This document shows positions 1 to 10,920 of a DNA stretch of 64,000 nucleotides, one piece after another. Made by a program: the position numbers and the translations under genes. How positions within the stretch are numbered: position 1 is the stretch's first letter; every line of letters starts with the position of its first letter. A model generated the notes under the pieces. The model made no database searches. It saw only the letters and a list, made by a program, of their open reading frames with translations, and was not told the DNA's origin. Source of the DNA: Bradymonadia bacterium (GTDB taxonomy: Bacteria; Myxococcota_A; Bradymonadia; UBA7976; UBA1532). Location of the stretch: assembly GCA_046290225.1 (NCBI GenBank), contig JBKAGE010000075.1, positions 270,367 through 334,366 on the forward strand, written 5' to 3'.

Positions 1-276
1 AAGGGCGAGGTCACCGCCATCGCCAAGACCGCCAAGGCCGAGGTGGAGCTGGTCTTCAAGCTCGACGCCAAAGACGGCAAAACCTGGGTGACCCGCGACG
101 TGGTCATCGACGAGGTGAGCCTCGAAGAGAACTACCGCGAGCAGTTCAACCAGATCATCGCCAAAGACGGCTTCGAAGAGCTGCTGAACAAGATGCGCAA
201 GAAGCTCGACAAGCTGCGTGGCAAGAAGGGCGGCGCTGCTGCCCCCGAGAAGGCGCCTGAGGCACCCAAGAAGTAA
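1..276 (+). CDS. MlaC/Ttg2D-family phospholipid-binding ABC substrate protein, 3' part (5' end outside window)
   Basis: Open frame from base 1; W-x3-DVVIDEVSL-x2-NYREQF-x2-II-x3-G matches the MlaC C-terminal motif. Confidence 0.75.
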   Translation, partial: KGEVTAIAKTAKAEVELVFKLDAKDGKTWVTRDVVIDEVSLEENYREQFNQIIAKDGFEELLNKMRKKLDKLRGKKGGAAAPEKAPEAPKK

Positions 277-336
277 GCAGCGCTTCAGAGCGCTCATCCC
301 CCCTAACAGGGTCGCGCTCTGCGATCCTCGACCTGC

Positions 337-1083
337 CTACTGCACCACCCAAGAGACCAGCGCGCCGAGGACCATGGCCACCACCACGGCGCCGGCGTAG
401 AGCATCCAGTGGGGCATGGGGCGCTTGCGCGAACTCTTGCCCCGCACGTCGAGCAACATGCACTCCACATTGCCGAACTGCACCCGATCACCATGCCAGA
501 CCTTGGCTGTGGAGAGCGGGCGATCGTTGAGCATGGTGCCATTGCTCGACTTGAGATCGTTCAGGGTGTAGCCACCGTCTTCCAGGCGCTTGAGCCGGGC
601 GTGATGTCGCGAGACCGAGGCGTCGGCCAGGGTGACATCGTTCTCGTCGGTGCGGCCGATGCGGGTGACAGGCTCGAAGAGCAGGTGCTCCCGGCCCGCC
701 TGGGGACCGCTCACCACCACCAGCTTCCCGTGGGCTTGCTCGGGGTGCACGATGGCGGTGCTGATGTTGTCCTGAGAGGGCCGAAGGCCTGCAGGGTTGG
801 GCTCGAGGTAGAGCCGAAAGTCGCCAATGCGCACTTGAGTGCTGTCGGTCAGAGGGGCGGGGCCGTCGATCCGGCGCTCATCGACGATGACCCCGTTGGC
901 GCTGCCCATATCGGAGATGTTGGCGCCGCGCTCGTCCATGAAGAGACGCGCGTGTGAGCGACTGATCATGTCGCTGGCCAACACGATGTCATTGTCGGGT
1001 GTGCGGCCCACAGAGAGCTCGCGATCGAGCGCGTACTCTCCGATCAGAGCACCGCGGGCGTCCTCGACGACGACGATGTACAT
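337..1083 (-). CDS. Tandem FHA-domain protein with C-terminal transmembrane helix
   Basis: Two FHA signatures (VGR...ISRSHA...SANG; IGR...VSRHHA...SSNGT); hydrophobic tail WMLYAGAVVVAMVLGALVSWVV. Confidence 0.9.
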   Translation of the reverse strand: MYIVVVEDARGALIGEYALDRELSVGRTPDNDIVLASDMISRSHARLFMDERGANISDMGSANGVIVDERRIDGPAPLTDSTQVRIGDFRLYLEPNPAGLRPSQDNISTAIVHPEQAHGKLVVVSGPQAGREHLLFEPVTRIGRTDENDVTLADASVSRHHARLKRLEDGGYTLNDLKSSNGTMLNDRPLSTAKVWHGDRVQFGNVECMLLDVRGKSSRKRPMPHWMLYAGAVVVAMVLGALVSWVVQ

Positions 1084-1092
1084 CGTCGTCCT

Positions 1093-2748
<1,656 letters not shown>

Positions 2749-2791
2749 AGGGACTCCCAAATTGTGCATCTGTCGAGCAGTGAACGGAGTT

Positions 2792-2821
2792 TATCTAGAT
2801 TCAGGCTCCGGCGGGTGTCAA
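2792..2821 (-). promoter_or_regulatory. sigma70-type promoter for the FHA-CpaF/FHA pair
   Basis: TTGACA-18 bp-TAGATA on the minus strand, about 45 bp upstream of the ATG. Confidence 0.55.
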
Positions 2822-2923
2822 GAAGTCCTTTGCCCCATTTGTCTCACCAGGGCGACCCCCTCGACGACTCGGGTCGAGCGCCGGACTGCTGCATGATCGG
2901 CCGGGCCCGCAGTGCCCTTGAAC

Positions 2924-4108
2924 TCAAGTGCTCTCGGAGCCTTCTCTCATCTTCGGCAGACGATGCTCCAGGAGCACCCACGGGAGGAGGCCGGCGAGGG
3001 CCCAAATCGCTCCTGCGGCGAACATGGCCTGATCACCCAGGGCGTCGGCGAGGGCGCCGAAGGCCGGGGTCATGGCCAGGGCGGAGAGCTCCCAGAGGCC
3101 GGTGAAGCCCGCCATGGCCGAGCCTCGCATGGCCACAGGGTGTCGGGTGATGGCCTGGGCGGTGAGGATCGGGAAGCAGAAACCGTGGCCGAGGCCCCCG
3201 AGGAGCCCGGCCCACATGAAGGCCGAGGGTTGCGAGGCTTCGGCGACGATCACACACGCCGCGGCGTAGGCGCCCAGGGCCGGGGCGATGAGGTTGGCGG
3301 GGCCTACCCTCGCCGGCAGACGAGCGCCGAAGACGCGCACCGCCACAGCGCCCCCGGCGTAGGTCAGCCAGATCGACTCCGGCCAGGGCAGGCCTCGATC
3401 CCGGGCGGCCACGGTGGCGAAGGCCATGAGCAGGGCCACCAGCCCCGAGAAGCAGATCGTCATGAGCCAGACCGGCCTCACCTCGGGCCGAGTGAAGGCC
3501 CGCAGCACCTGCTGTAGAGGGAGGGCGTCGCGGCGCCCTTCGGCGGGGCCAGGCTCTTTCAGGGAGAAGATGACCCACAGAGAGGTGAGGATGATGGCGC
3601 CGATGATGGGGAACACCCATCGCAACTCTTCAGGGGCGAGGTCGAGGGTACCCACGAAGGGGTTCACTGCCAGCGGGAGCAGGCCCGAGATGCCGAAGAG
3701 GGCGATGCCTTCTGTGCGGCGGCTCGGGGGGATGATGTCAGCGGCGAAGGTGAAGTAGCCCGTGAAGAGGGTGCCCACCCCGATGCCGATGATCACGCGG
3801 ATCACGTAGACCCAAGGGCCCATGGTCTCCACCAGGCCCAGCAAGCCCATGCCCGCACACAAAATCAGGGTGCCCACCACCAGGGTGGGCCGGCGACCGA
3901 TGGTGTCGAGGGCCCACCCCACCGCGGGGCGCAGGGCGATGCCGCCGATGCCCGCCGCGGCCATGGCGGCGCCGATCTCCGTACGGCTGGCCCCGATGTG
4001 ATCGAGATACAGGGGCAGCAACAGCATCGAGGCATAGCCCAGAGCCTGCAGCAGATGCCCGAGAACCAGGGCGAGGAAGGGGCCAGTGACGAGGGGGGGC
4101 ATGGTCAT
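2924..4108 (-). CDS. MFS transporter
   Basis: About 12 hydrophobic segments; motif-A-like GWALDTIGRR; ATG overlaps the upstream TGA (ATGA). Confidence 0.9.
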   Translation of the reverse strand: MTMPPLVTGPFLALVLGHLLQALGYASMLLLPLYLDHIGASRTEIGAAMAAAGIGGIALRPAVGWALDTIGRRPTLVVGTLILCAGMGLLGLVETMGPWVYVIRVIIGIGVGTLFTGYFTFAADIIPPSRRTEGIALFGISGLLPLAVNPFVGTLDLAPEELRWVFPIIGAIILTSLWVIFSLKEPGPAEGRRDALPLQQVLRAFTRPEVRPVWLMTICFSGLVALLMAFATVAARDRGLPWPESIWLTYAGGAVAVRVFGARLPARVGPANLIAPALGAYAAACVIVAEASQPSAFMWAGLLGGLGHGFCFPILTAQAITRHPVAMRGSAMAGFTGLWELSALAMTPAFGALADALGDQAMFAAGAIWALAGLLPWVLLEHRLPKMREGSEST

Positions 4109-4755
4109 CCCAGGGCGTGGAGCAGCCAGAGGCTGAGGTGCGCGCCACCAAAAGCCAGCGCCCCCACGATGAGGGCGCCGAGACTCCGGAGAGGTGCTGG
4201 GGCACCCCACAGCGCCAGCAGGGCGAACGTAGCCCAGGGCCAGGGGAGTACCCAACGCCAGAAGGGCGCGGAGGCTTCGAGAGATGCCGCCGGCGCAGGG
4301 AGGTCGCTCATTTTCGGAGGCGGCAGAGTCGAGAACACTGCGCTCGTGTCGAGGCGGGTGGCGCCATTGGGGCCCCAGGTTACGATCAGAGGCACATCGC
4401 CCGTGGGTATGACCAGCCGATCTGTGGTGATGACCGGTGCGGGGAGATCTGATCGAGGAGCAGCGACACCCGACCACCAGGGGAGGGGCATCAACGCCAC
4501 GACACAGAGTAGAGGTCCAGGCCTCAACCCTGCTGAGCCCGCCACGGTGAGGGCGCCGTCCTGTCGCCACCGAAGCGCCGCCCAGCACAGACCCCAGAGC
4601 CCCGCCAGGGGGCAGACCACCGTGAGCGTCGTGGAGAGGGTGAGGCTTCTACCTTCAGTGAGAGCCGCCCCCCAGGCGATGATGAGGAGTACCGCCAGGG
4701 CCCCGAACTGCGCCTTGACGATCCGGAGCGCGAGGCTCCGAAAGAGAGTCGACAT
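4105..4755 (-). CDS. Membrane protein with weak resemblance to a shortened LptF/LptG permease
   Basis: Several TM segments; PLAGLWG...RWRQDGAL...AGL recalls the LptF/G TM2-3 motif; coupled to the MFS gene. Confidence 0.45.
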   Translation of the reverse strand: MSTLFRSLALRIVKAQFGALAVLLIIAWGAALTEGRSLTLSTTLTVVCPLAGLWGLCWAALRWRQDGALTVAGSAGLRPGPLLCVVALMPLPWWSGVAAPRSDLPAPVITTDRLVIPTGDVPLIVTWGPNGATRLDTSAVFSTLPPPKMSDLPAPAASLEASAPFWRWVLPWPWATFALLALWGAPAPLRSLGALIVGALAFGGAHLSLWLLHALG

Positions 4756-4819
4756 GGCTGACATGGTGCCAGCGGCTCAGAGGATCTACAATGAGCCGCC
4801 TCACCCATGGGGGAATGCA

Positions 4820-6250
4820 TTGCGCAAGACCAAGATCATCGCCACCGTTGGTCCCCGGACACGCTCACCTGAGATGCTCCAGGGCCTCTTCGACGCCGGA
4901 TGCAACGTGATCCGGCTCAACATGAGCCACGCTCAACACAGCGACTCGGCGGCCATCATCGCCGACGCCCGCACGCTGTCCGATCGCGTGGGCATCCTCA
5001 TCGACACCAAAGGGCCGGAGATTCGCACCACAGAGGTGGAGAAGCCCTTTACCCTCAACCGCGGCGAGAAAGTCATCGTCCGCGGCGAGGAGGGCGTCAC
5101 CACACCTGACCTGATTCGCGTCACCTACGCCGGCATGGCCCGGATCATGGACGAAGGGTCGATGATCCTGCTCGACGACGGCCGCATCGAGCTCGAGGTC
5201 GACGCCGTGGGCCCTGGCGAGCTGCAATGCACTGTGGTGCGCGGCGGCCCGCTGTCTTCGCGGAAGGGCGTGAACGTGCCCAACGTGAACGTGAAGCTGC
5301 CCTTCATGTCCGAGAAGGACGAGTCCGACATCGTCTTCGCCGTGCGCCAGCAGGCAGACTTCATCGCCGCCTCTTTCGTGAGCGACTCCGAGGACGTGCT
5401 CAAGGTCAAGGAGATCGTCGAGCGCGAGGGTGGCCGCTGTAAGATCATCTCGAAGATCGAGAGCCGTCTCGCTCTGAAGAACCTCGCGGAGATCATCCAG
5501 GCCTCGGACGGCATCATGATCGCCCGCGGTGATCTGGGCGTGGAGATCCGGGCGGAAGAGGTGCCCATCGTCCAGAAGCGGATCATCAACGCCTGCCGCC
5601 AGGCGGGCAAGCTGGTCATCGTGGCCACCCAGATGCTCGAGTCGATGACCTACAACCCCCGGCCCAGCCGGGCGGAGACCAGCGACGTGGCCAACGCCAT
5701 CTTCGAGGGGGCCGACGCGGTCATGCTCTCCGGCGAGACCACCGTTGGCGAGTACCCCCTCGACGCCGTGCGCACCATGAGCACCATCGCCGGGTACGCC
5801 GAGCGCGAGAAGGCCCGCCACGACGAGCCCGTGAACCTCGGCAAGGCGCACCACGTCTCCGACCTGATCTGCAAGTCGGCTTCTCTCGCCGCCCGAGAGC
5901 TCAACATCAAGGCGATTCTGGTGCCCACGAGCTCCGGAAATACCGCCATCCGCATGAGCCGCTATCGCCCCACCGTGCCCATCCTGGCCACGACCCCGGA
6001 GATGGCTGTGGCCCGGAGTCTGGCCCTGAACTTCGGCGTGTATGCGCTGCCCACCCGCCACTTCGGTCGGGTGGAGAGCATGGTCAGGCGTTCGTGTCAG
6101 CTCATGGTGGACGAGGGGCTGCTCGAGCGTGAAGACGTCATCGCAGTCGTGGCCGGTGTGCCCGTGGGTCGGTCTGGCAGCACCAACCTGCTCACCATCC
6201 AGCCCGTGGCCAGTTTGCTCGGGAAATCCTTTGGTGGTGGGGGCGGGTAA
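4820..6250 (+). CDS. pyk: Pyruvate kinase
   Basis: RKTKIIATVGP, RLNMSH, DTKGPEIR, ISKIE, IARGDLG, ATQMLESM, MLSGET; TTG start. Confidence 0.97.
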   Translation: MRKTKIIATVGPRTRSPEMLQGLFDAGCNVIRLNMSHAQHSDSAAIIADARTLSDRVGILIDTKGPEIRTTEVEKPFTLNRGEKVIVRGEEGVTTPDLIRVTYAGMARIMDEGSMILLDDGRIELEVDAVGPGELQCTVVRGGPLSSRKGVNVPNVNVKLPFMSEKDESDIVFAVRQQADFIAASFVSDSEDVLKVKEIVEREGGRCKIISKIESRLALKNLAEIIQASDGIMIARGDLGVEIRAEEVPIVQKRIINACRQAGKLVIVATQMLESMTYNPRPSRAETSDVANAIFEGADAVMLSGETTVGEYPLDAVRTMSTIAGYAEREKARHDEPVNLGKAHHVSDLICKSASLAARELNIKAILVPTSSGNTAIRMSRYRPTVPILATTPEMAVARSLALNFGVYALPTRHFGRVESMVRRSCQLMVDEGLLEREDVIAVVAGVPVGRSGSTNLLTIQPVASLLGKSFGGGGG

Positions 6251-6328
6251 GAAAAATACCTACAAATTTGCCTTCGGTGGGTATGTGTATGACAGTGCCT
6301 ACACATCCTACACGCCACGGAGGCCACC

Positions 6329-6745
6329 ATGACCGATCCTTTCGATCCCCAGATGCCCGCTCTGCCCCCCCGGGTCCACGGTGAGACCGCTGATCCTTTT
6401 GGTCCTGCGTCGCCGACGCCCATCGGTCGTGACGACCTGCGCAGCTGTGGCCGGGTGCCCCTCGACATCTATGTGAACCAGGTCATCGACGGTCAGCCCT
6501 TCATCGCTCGGGCCCGTGACTTGAGCCCCTTCGGCCTGCGGGTGGGCTCGATTCTGACCCCCGAGACGCGTGATCGGGCGCGAATTGCCCTGGAGTTTAT
6601 GCTGCCAGGGTCCGATGAGGTCATCTGGGCCCCTGTGGAGCCAGTGCACCGCAAGGGCCCTCCGGGAACCACGGGTTTTCGCTTCGTGCGCATGGCCCGC
6701 CGTCACGCCCGGATGATCGAGTCGTACATTCAGGCCGCAGCCTGA
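6329..6745 (+). CDS. PilZ-domain protein
   Basis: RxxxR (RSCGR) and DxSxxG (DLSPFG) motifs, terminal GFRF; GGAGG RBS. Confidence 0.8.
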   Translation: MTDPFDPQMPALPPRVHGETADPFGPASPTPIGRDDLRSCGRVPLDIYVNQVIDGQPFIARARDLSPFGLRVGSILTPETRDRARIALEFMLPGSDEVIWAPVEPVHRKGPPGTTGFRFVRMARRHARMIESYIQAAA

Positions 6746-6797
6746 GCGATTGCCTCTCTTATGAGGCGTCGAGCTGGCCCGGTCGAGGTCAGCCATC

Positions 6798-7112
6798 TTG
6801 CCCGTCTATACCCACCTCACCCCGCCGGGGTTTGCACTCGCTGAAGCGGCTTACGCGGCCGATGGCGCGTTGATCTTCGGTCGAGGGACCACCCTCACCC
6901 CCAGACATCTGACGGCGCTCATCGAAGAAGGGGTCACCCTCATCGAGGTGGAGCCAACGGGCGCGCAGCCGGAGATCCCCCCGTGGATCGAGGCCCCTGA
7001 GTTGTCCCGATGGCTCGAAGATCTCGAGCGACGCTTTGAGCGCGTGAAGGGCGATCGGCGGATGAACGCGCTGAAGCAGGCGCTGCGCAAGACGATGGAG
7101 GCCCGCCGATGA
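6798..7112 (+). CDS. Hypothetical protein resembling the N-terminal accessory domain of HD-GYP/HDOD proteins
   Basis: PGFALAEAAYAADGALIFGRGTTLTPRHL pattern; stop overlaps the next ATG. Confidence 0.6.
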   Translation: MPVYTHLTPPGFALAEAAYAADGALIFGRGTTLTPRHLTALIEEGVTLIEVEPTGAQPEIPPWIEAPELSRWLEDLERRFERVKGDRRMNALKQALRKTMEARR

Positions 7113-8026
7113 CCGCCCTGGCATTGGAGCGGGAAGAGACGGGAGGGGCGCTGCTCGATCGCATGGGCCGCCGATTGCTCAAGCGGCAAATCGAAGCCCT
7201 GAAGAGTCTGCCGAGCTTCCCGAGATCGGTCCTCAAGATTCAGTCGCTGGTGGCTTCTGAAGGCGTACCCGAGACGGCCTTCAAGGAGATCGCCGCCATC
7301 ATCGAGTCTGATCCGGCGCTGTGCGCCCGGGTGCTCAAGATGGTGAACGCTGCGTTCTACGGCACTCGCGGGCCCGTGGTCTCGGTCCTCGACGCCCTGG
7401 TGATGCTGGGCTTCGAAGTGGTGCGGGGGGTTTTGTTGAGCGCAGGCGCTCTGGAGGCCTTCGGCGCGAGCGGCGGCTTCCAGGCAGATCTCGACGGGCT
7501 CTGGGCCCACTCATTCGGCGCAGGCGTGGCGGCCTCTGCCCTCGCTCGGGTGCTGCGGATGCCAGAGCCGGGCATTCTGGCCTCGGCGGCGTTGATGCAC
7601 GATTTGGGGAAGGTGGCCCTGATCACCCAGCTGGGGGACGACTACAGCGGGGTCGTGGCCTCGGCTGTGGAGCGCGGGGTACCGATTCGACAAGCAGAAG
7701 CGGAGATCATGGGGGTGACCCATGACGAGATCGGCCGCTGGCTGGTGACGCGGTGGCGGTTCCCCGAGCCCCTGGCCATGCCCATCGCCTGGCACCACAC
7801 CCCAGAGCAGGCGGGCCGCTATGCAGAGTCGGCGGCGGTGATCCATGTGGCCGATTTGATGATCAGAGGCCTCGGCTTCGGGTTCCCCGGTGACTACGTG
7901 ATGCCTGATCTCGACGTGAAGGCCTGGAAGCTGCTGAGCCTCAACGGCCGGAAGATCGAGCAGGCGGTGTCCATCATGCAGCGAGAGCTCCATGGCGCCA
8001 TGGCTGCGGCTCAGAGGGTGGCCTGA
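7109..8026 (+). CDS. HDOD-domain protein
   Basis: LPSFP, DPALCARVLKMVNAAFY, LWAHS, LMHDLGK, THDEIG-x5-W, IAWHH. Confidence 0.92.
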   Translation: MTALALEREETGGALLDRMGRRLLKRQIEALKSLPSFPRSVLKIQSLVASEGVPETAFKEIAAIIESDPALCARVLKMVNAAFYGTRGPVVSVLDALVMLGFEVVRGVLLSAGALEAFGASGGFQADLDGLWAHSFGAGVAASALARVLRMPEPGILASAALMHDLGKVALITQLGDDYSGVVASAVERGVPIRQAEAEIMGVTHDEIGRWLVTRWRFPEPLAMPIAWHHTPEQAGRYAESAAVIHVADLMIRGLGFGFPGDYVMPDLDVKAWKLLSLNGRKIEQAVSIMQRELHGAMAAAQRVA

Positions 8027-9663
8027 TGCAGCGCCCGGACCTCGAAACACTGACCCGGGAGCGGGACGAGTTCGCCCGGGCGGTGGCTGATCTGACCACC
8101 CGCTACGAAGAGAAGGTGGAGGAGCTGTCGCTGATCCGTCAGGTGGGCGATGTGCTCGGCGACACCCTCGATCTGCCCACGGTCTGTGTCCGCATCGTCG
8201 ATCTGGTGGTGGAGGCGGTGGGCCCCGAGCACGCCTCGCTGATGCTGGTGGACGACGAGGGCGAAGGCTTGCTGCTCGCTGCGGCCCGGAGCGCCTTTGA
8301 CGACGAGACGCAGCTCTATGAGGTGGCAGCGGAGCAGCCCCGGTTCGCCCTCGGCGAGGGGGTGGCGGGGACTGTGGCAGTGGAGGGCAAGTCAGTCCGG
8401 TTGGAAGACGCCCGCTCAGATCCGCGCTTCGCCCAGACTGCAAACGCGGACGCCGTGGTGCCCGTGTCGCTCCTCGTGCTCCCCCTCAAGGTGCAAGAGC
8501 GGGTGGTGGGGGTGATGAACCTGTCCGACTCGCTGCCCGGGGCCTTCGAGGCGCGACACGAGCGCCTGCTGACCATCGTGGCCAACGTGCTGGCGATGAC
8601 GGTGGAGCACGCCCGGGTACACGACGCTCTCCGGCGCAGCCAGGAGGTTCTGGCGGTGGAGAATCGCCAGCTCAAGGCGGCGATCACGTTGGGGGCCGAG
8701 CGCTCGGGCCCCGTGGCGGATCTGGTGGGGTCGAGCCCGGCTTTTCGCCGGGTGGTCTCCCTCATCGAGCGCGTGGCCGATACCACAGCGAGCGTGCTGG
8801 TACAGGGGGAGTCGGGCACCGGCAAGGAGATGGTGGCCCGGGCGCTCCATGGATCAAGCGAGCGTGCCGAGGCGCCTTTTGTGGCCATCAACTGCGCAGC
8901 GCTCCCCGAGAGCCTGCTCGAGGCGGAGCTGTTCGGCATCGAGCAGGGCGTAGCGACTGGGGTGGACGCTCGACCGGGCACCTTCGAGCGGGCCCACGGC
9001 GGTACCCTCTTTCTCGATGAGATCGGCGACATGCACCCCTCGGTGCAGGCCAAGGTGCTCCGGGTGATCCAGGAGCGCCAGGTGGTCCGCCTCGGGGCAC
9101 GGCAGCCCACCCCCGTGGACGTACGCCTGATCTCGGCGACCCACCGTGATCTGCTTCAAGCGGTGGAGGACGGCAGTTTTCGGCAAGACCTCTACTATCG
9201 GTTGAAGGTGGTGCAGATCGAGCTGCCACCGCTGCGGGCCCGCCGAGAGGACATCGTGCCTCTGGCTCGCCACTTCATCGACCGCCTGTCGGCCCGCCAT
9301 CGTCGCCGGGCCCCGAGACTGAGCCGAGCCGCGGCGCAGGCCCTGCTGGCTCACCCCTGGCCCGGGAACATCCGCGAGTTGGAGCACACCCTGGAGCAGG
9401 CGGTGATCGTCGCCGAGGGCACAGAGCTGGCCCCTGAGGATCTCGGCCTGGCACTGACGTCGGGGGAGGGGGTACGCCTGGAGCTGCCTGCAGAGGTAGA
9501 AGGGTTCCACGAGGTGATGCAGGAGGTGCAGGCCCTGGCGGAGAAGGCTCTGGTGGAGCGAGCCCTCTCAGAGGCCCGGGGCAACCGGACGCACGCGGCC
9601 CAGGCCTTGGGGATCGCCCGGCGCACCCTCATCTACAAAATGCACGACTACGGCTTGGGCTGA
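8026..9663 (+). CDS. GAF-domain sigma54-interacting transcriptional regulator with Fis-type HTH
   Basis: GAF region; GESGTGKE, FLDEIG, FRQDLYYRL, WPGNIREL; GAFTGA replaced by GVATGV. Confidence 0.93.
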   Translation: MQRPDLETLTRERDEFARAVADLTTRYEEKVEELSLIRQVGDVLGDTLDLPTVCVRIVDLVVEAVGPEHASLMLVDDEGEGLLLAAARSAFDDETQLYEVAAEQPRFALGEGVAGTVAVEGKSVRLEDARSDPRFAQTANADAVVPVSLLVLPLKVQERVVGVMNLSDSLPGAFEARHERLLTIVANVLAMTVEHARVHDALRRSQEVLAVENRQLKAAITLGAERSGPVADLVGSSPAFRRVVSLIERVADTTASVLVQGESGTGKEMVARALHGSSERAEAPFVAINCAALPESLLEAELFGIEQGVATGVDARPGTFERAHGGTLFLDEIGDMHPSVQAKVLRVIQERQVVRLGARQPTPVDVRLISATHRDLLQAVEDGSFRQDLYYRLKVVQIELPPLRARREDIVPLARHFIDRLSARHRRRAPRLSRAAAQALLAHPWPGNIRELEHTLEQAVIVAEGTELAPEDLGLALTSGEGVRLELPAEVEGFHEVMQEVQALAEKALVERALSEARGNRTHAAQALGIARRTLIYKMHDYGLG

Positions 9664-10250
9664 GGCGTCTTGGGCGCGGGTTTGGTCGGGGCTGGCTTCC
9701 GGGGCTTTCCGGGAACAGCTGCCTTGCCCTTGCCGAGCAGAGCGTCGATGGCCGCTCGCCCGCTCAGGGGCTCCATGGCGTCTTCTACGGCGTACTGCCA
9801 GAAGCCCTGCCCCTGGAAGTTGCCTTGTCGCAAAAAGAGGATGGCTGGGGCCTCCCACTTCACCGGAGCCGACGGGGTGTAGGCGGGGAAAATCGGCGAC
9901 TTCCTGATGCCCTCCCGGTGGTAGCGGATGTGCAGATCGTACATGTCGGTCCACACGCCCGAGGCCACCTGCAGCGTCTCGCCCTTCGCGGGCACCGTGC
10001 CGCTGAGGGTGGTGTGGATCACCTCATCGATGACCCAGCGGTCGTCATGGCGCACAAAGGCTTCGACCGCGGGGGTGCCCGGCACGGGCACCTCGAGCTT
10101 CACCCGGGTGGGATCAGCGCGATGGGCCACCACGATGAGGCTGGAGTGTCCGACGAGCTGGTCGAGGGGCACCTGGTCGTAATGAATGCGGCTGGCCATT
10201 GCGGTCCCCAAGAGGCAGAGCGAGAGCGACAGAGCGAGGAGTGGCTTCAT
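9648..10250 (-). CDS. Secreted hypothetical protein (paralog of the upstream gene)
   Basis: Signal peptide; shares LD-x2-VG-x-S-x-LIVVAHRA, RWV-x-DE and EPLSGR-x-AI with 10247-10858. Confidence 0.75.
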   Translation of the reverse strand: MKPLLALSLSLCLLGTAMASRIHYDQVPLDQLVGHSSLIVVAHRADPTRVKLEVPVPGTPAVEAFVRHDDRWVIDEVIHTTLSGTVPAKGETLQVASGVWTDMYDLHIRYHREGIRKSPIFPAYTPSAPVKWEAPAILFLRQGNFQGQGFWQYAVEDAMEPLSGRAAIDALLGKGKAAVPGKPRKPAPTKPAPKTPQPKP

Positions 10251-10858
10251 TTGGACGCGCCCTTCGGTGTGGGGGCTGGGGTGATCGTGGACGTGGGCCC
10301 CGTCTTGAGGGCCGCTTCGATGGCCGGGCGGCCGCTCAAGGGCTCCTGAGCGCCCGTGAGGGTGTAGCGCCAGCTGAGCTTGCCCTGAGACTTCTCGGGG
10401 CTGAGCATCAAGATCACCTTGGCTCCAGGCTCACGGGGGATCGCCCCCGACGGTGTGTGGCTGAGCAGGGCCGGCGACTCCATGATGCCGTGTCGCTCGT
10501 ACTCGACGTGCCCCGCCATCATGTCGCTCCACTCCGCTGGGGCCACCTGAATGGCCTCGCCCACCTGGGGCGCCGGCGCAGGGATGAGCTTCGTGGTGTG
10601 GTGCACGATCTCGTCCACCACCCACCGTTCGTCATAGCGGGTGAAGGGCGGGATCTTCGGCGTGCCCTCTACAGGGATCTTCACCTCGACGGTGTGTGGC
10701 TCGGCCCGATGGGCCACGACGATGAGGGCGCTCTGCCCGACGACCTCGTCGAGGGGCAGGGGCGTCAGGAAGATCTGCGAAGCCATGAGGTACACCGGGG
10801 CGAGGGTGAGGAGCAGCCCGGTGAGCGCTGTGGTGCAAAGGCGTGTTCTGCGGTGCAT
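10247..10858 (-). CDS. Secreted hypothetical protein (paralog of the downstream gene)
   Basis: Signal peptide; clear similarity to 9648-10250; 4-bp overlap. Confidence 0.75.
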   Translation of the reverse strand: MHRRTRLCTTALTGLLLTLAPVYLMASQIFLTPLPLDEVVGQSALIVVAHRAEPHTVEVKIPVEGTPKIPPFTRYDERWVVDEIVHHTTKLIPAPAPQVGEAIQVAPAEWSDMMAGHVEYERHGIMESPALLSHTPSGAIPREPGAKVILMLSPEKSQGKLSWRYTLTGAQEPLSGRPAIEAALKTGPTSTITPAPTPKGASK

Positions 10859-10920
10859 CGGTCATCCAGGGCGGTGGGCACAGCCCGTTCGGGCCTGCTG
10901 CAGACCGATTTGTAGCTCAA

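Noticed and set aside
3998..4819. Long N-terminal extension of pyruvate kinase
   Set aside because: Overlaps opposite-strand genes; the conserved protein starts at TTG 4820
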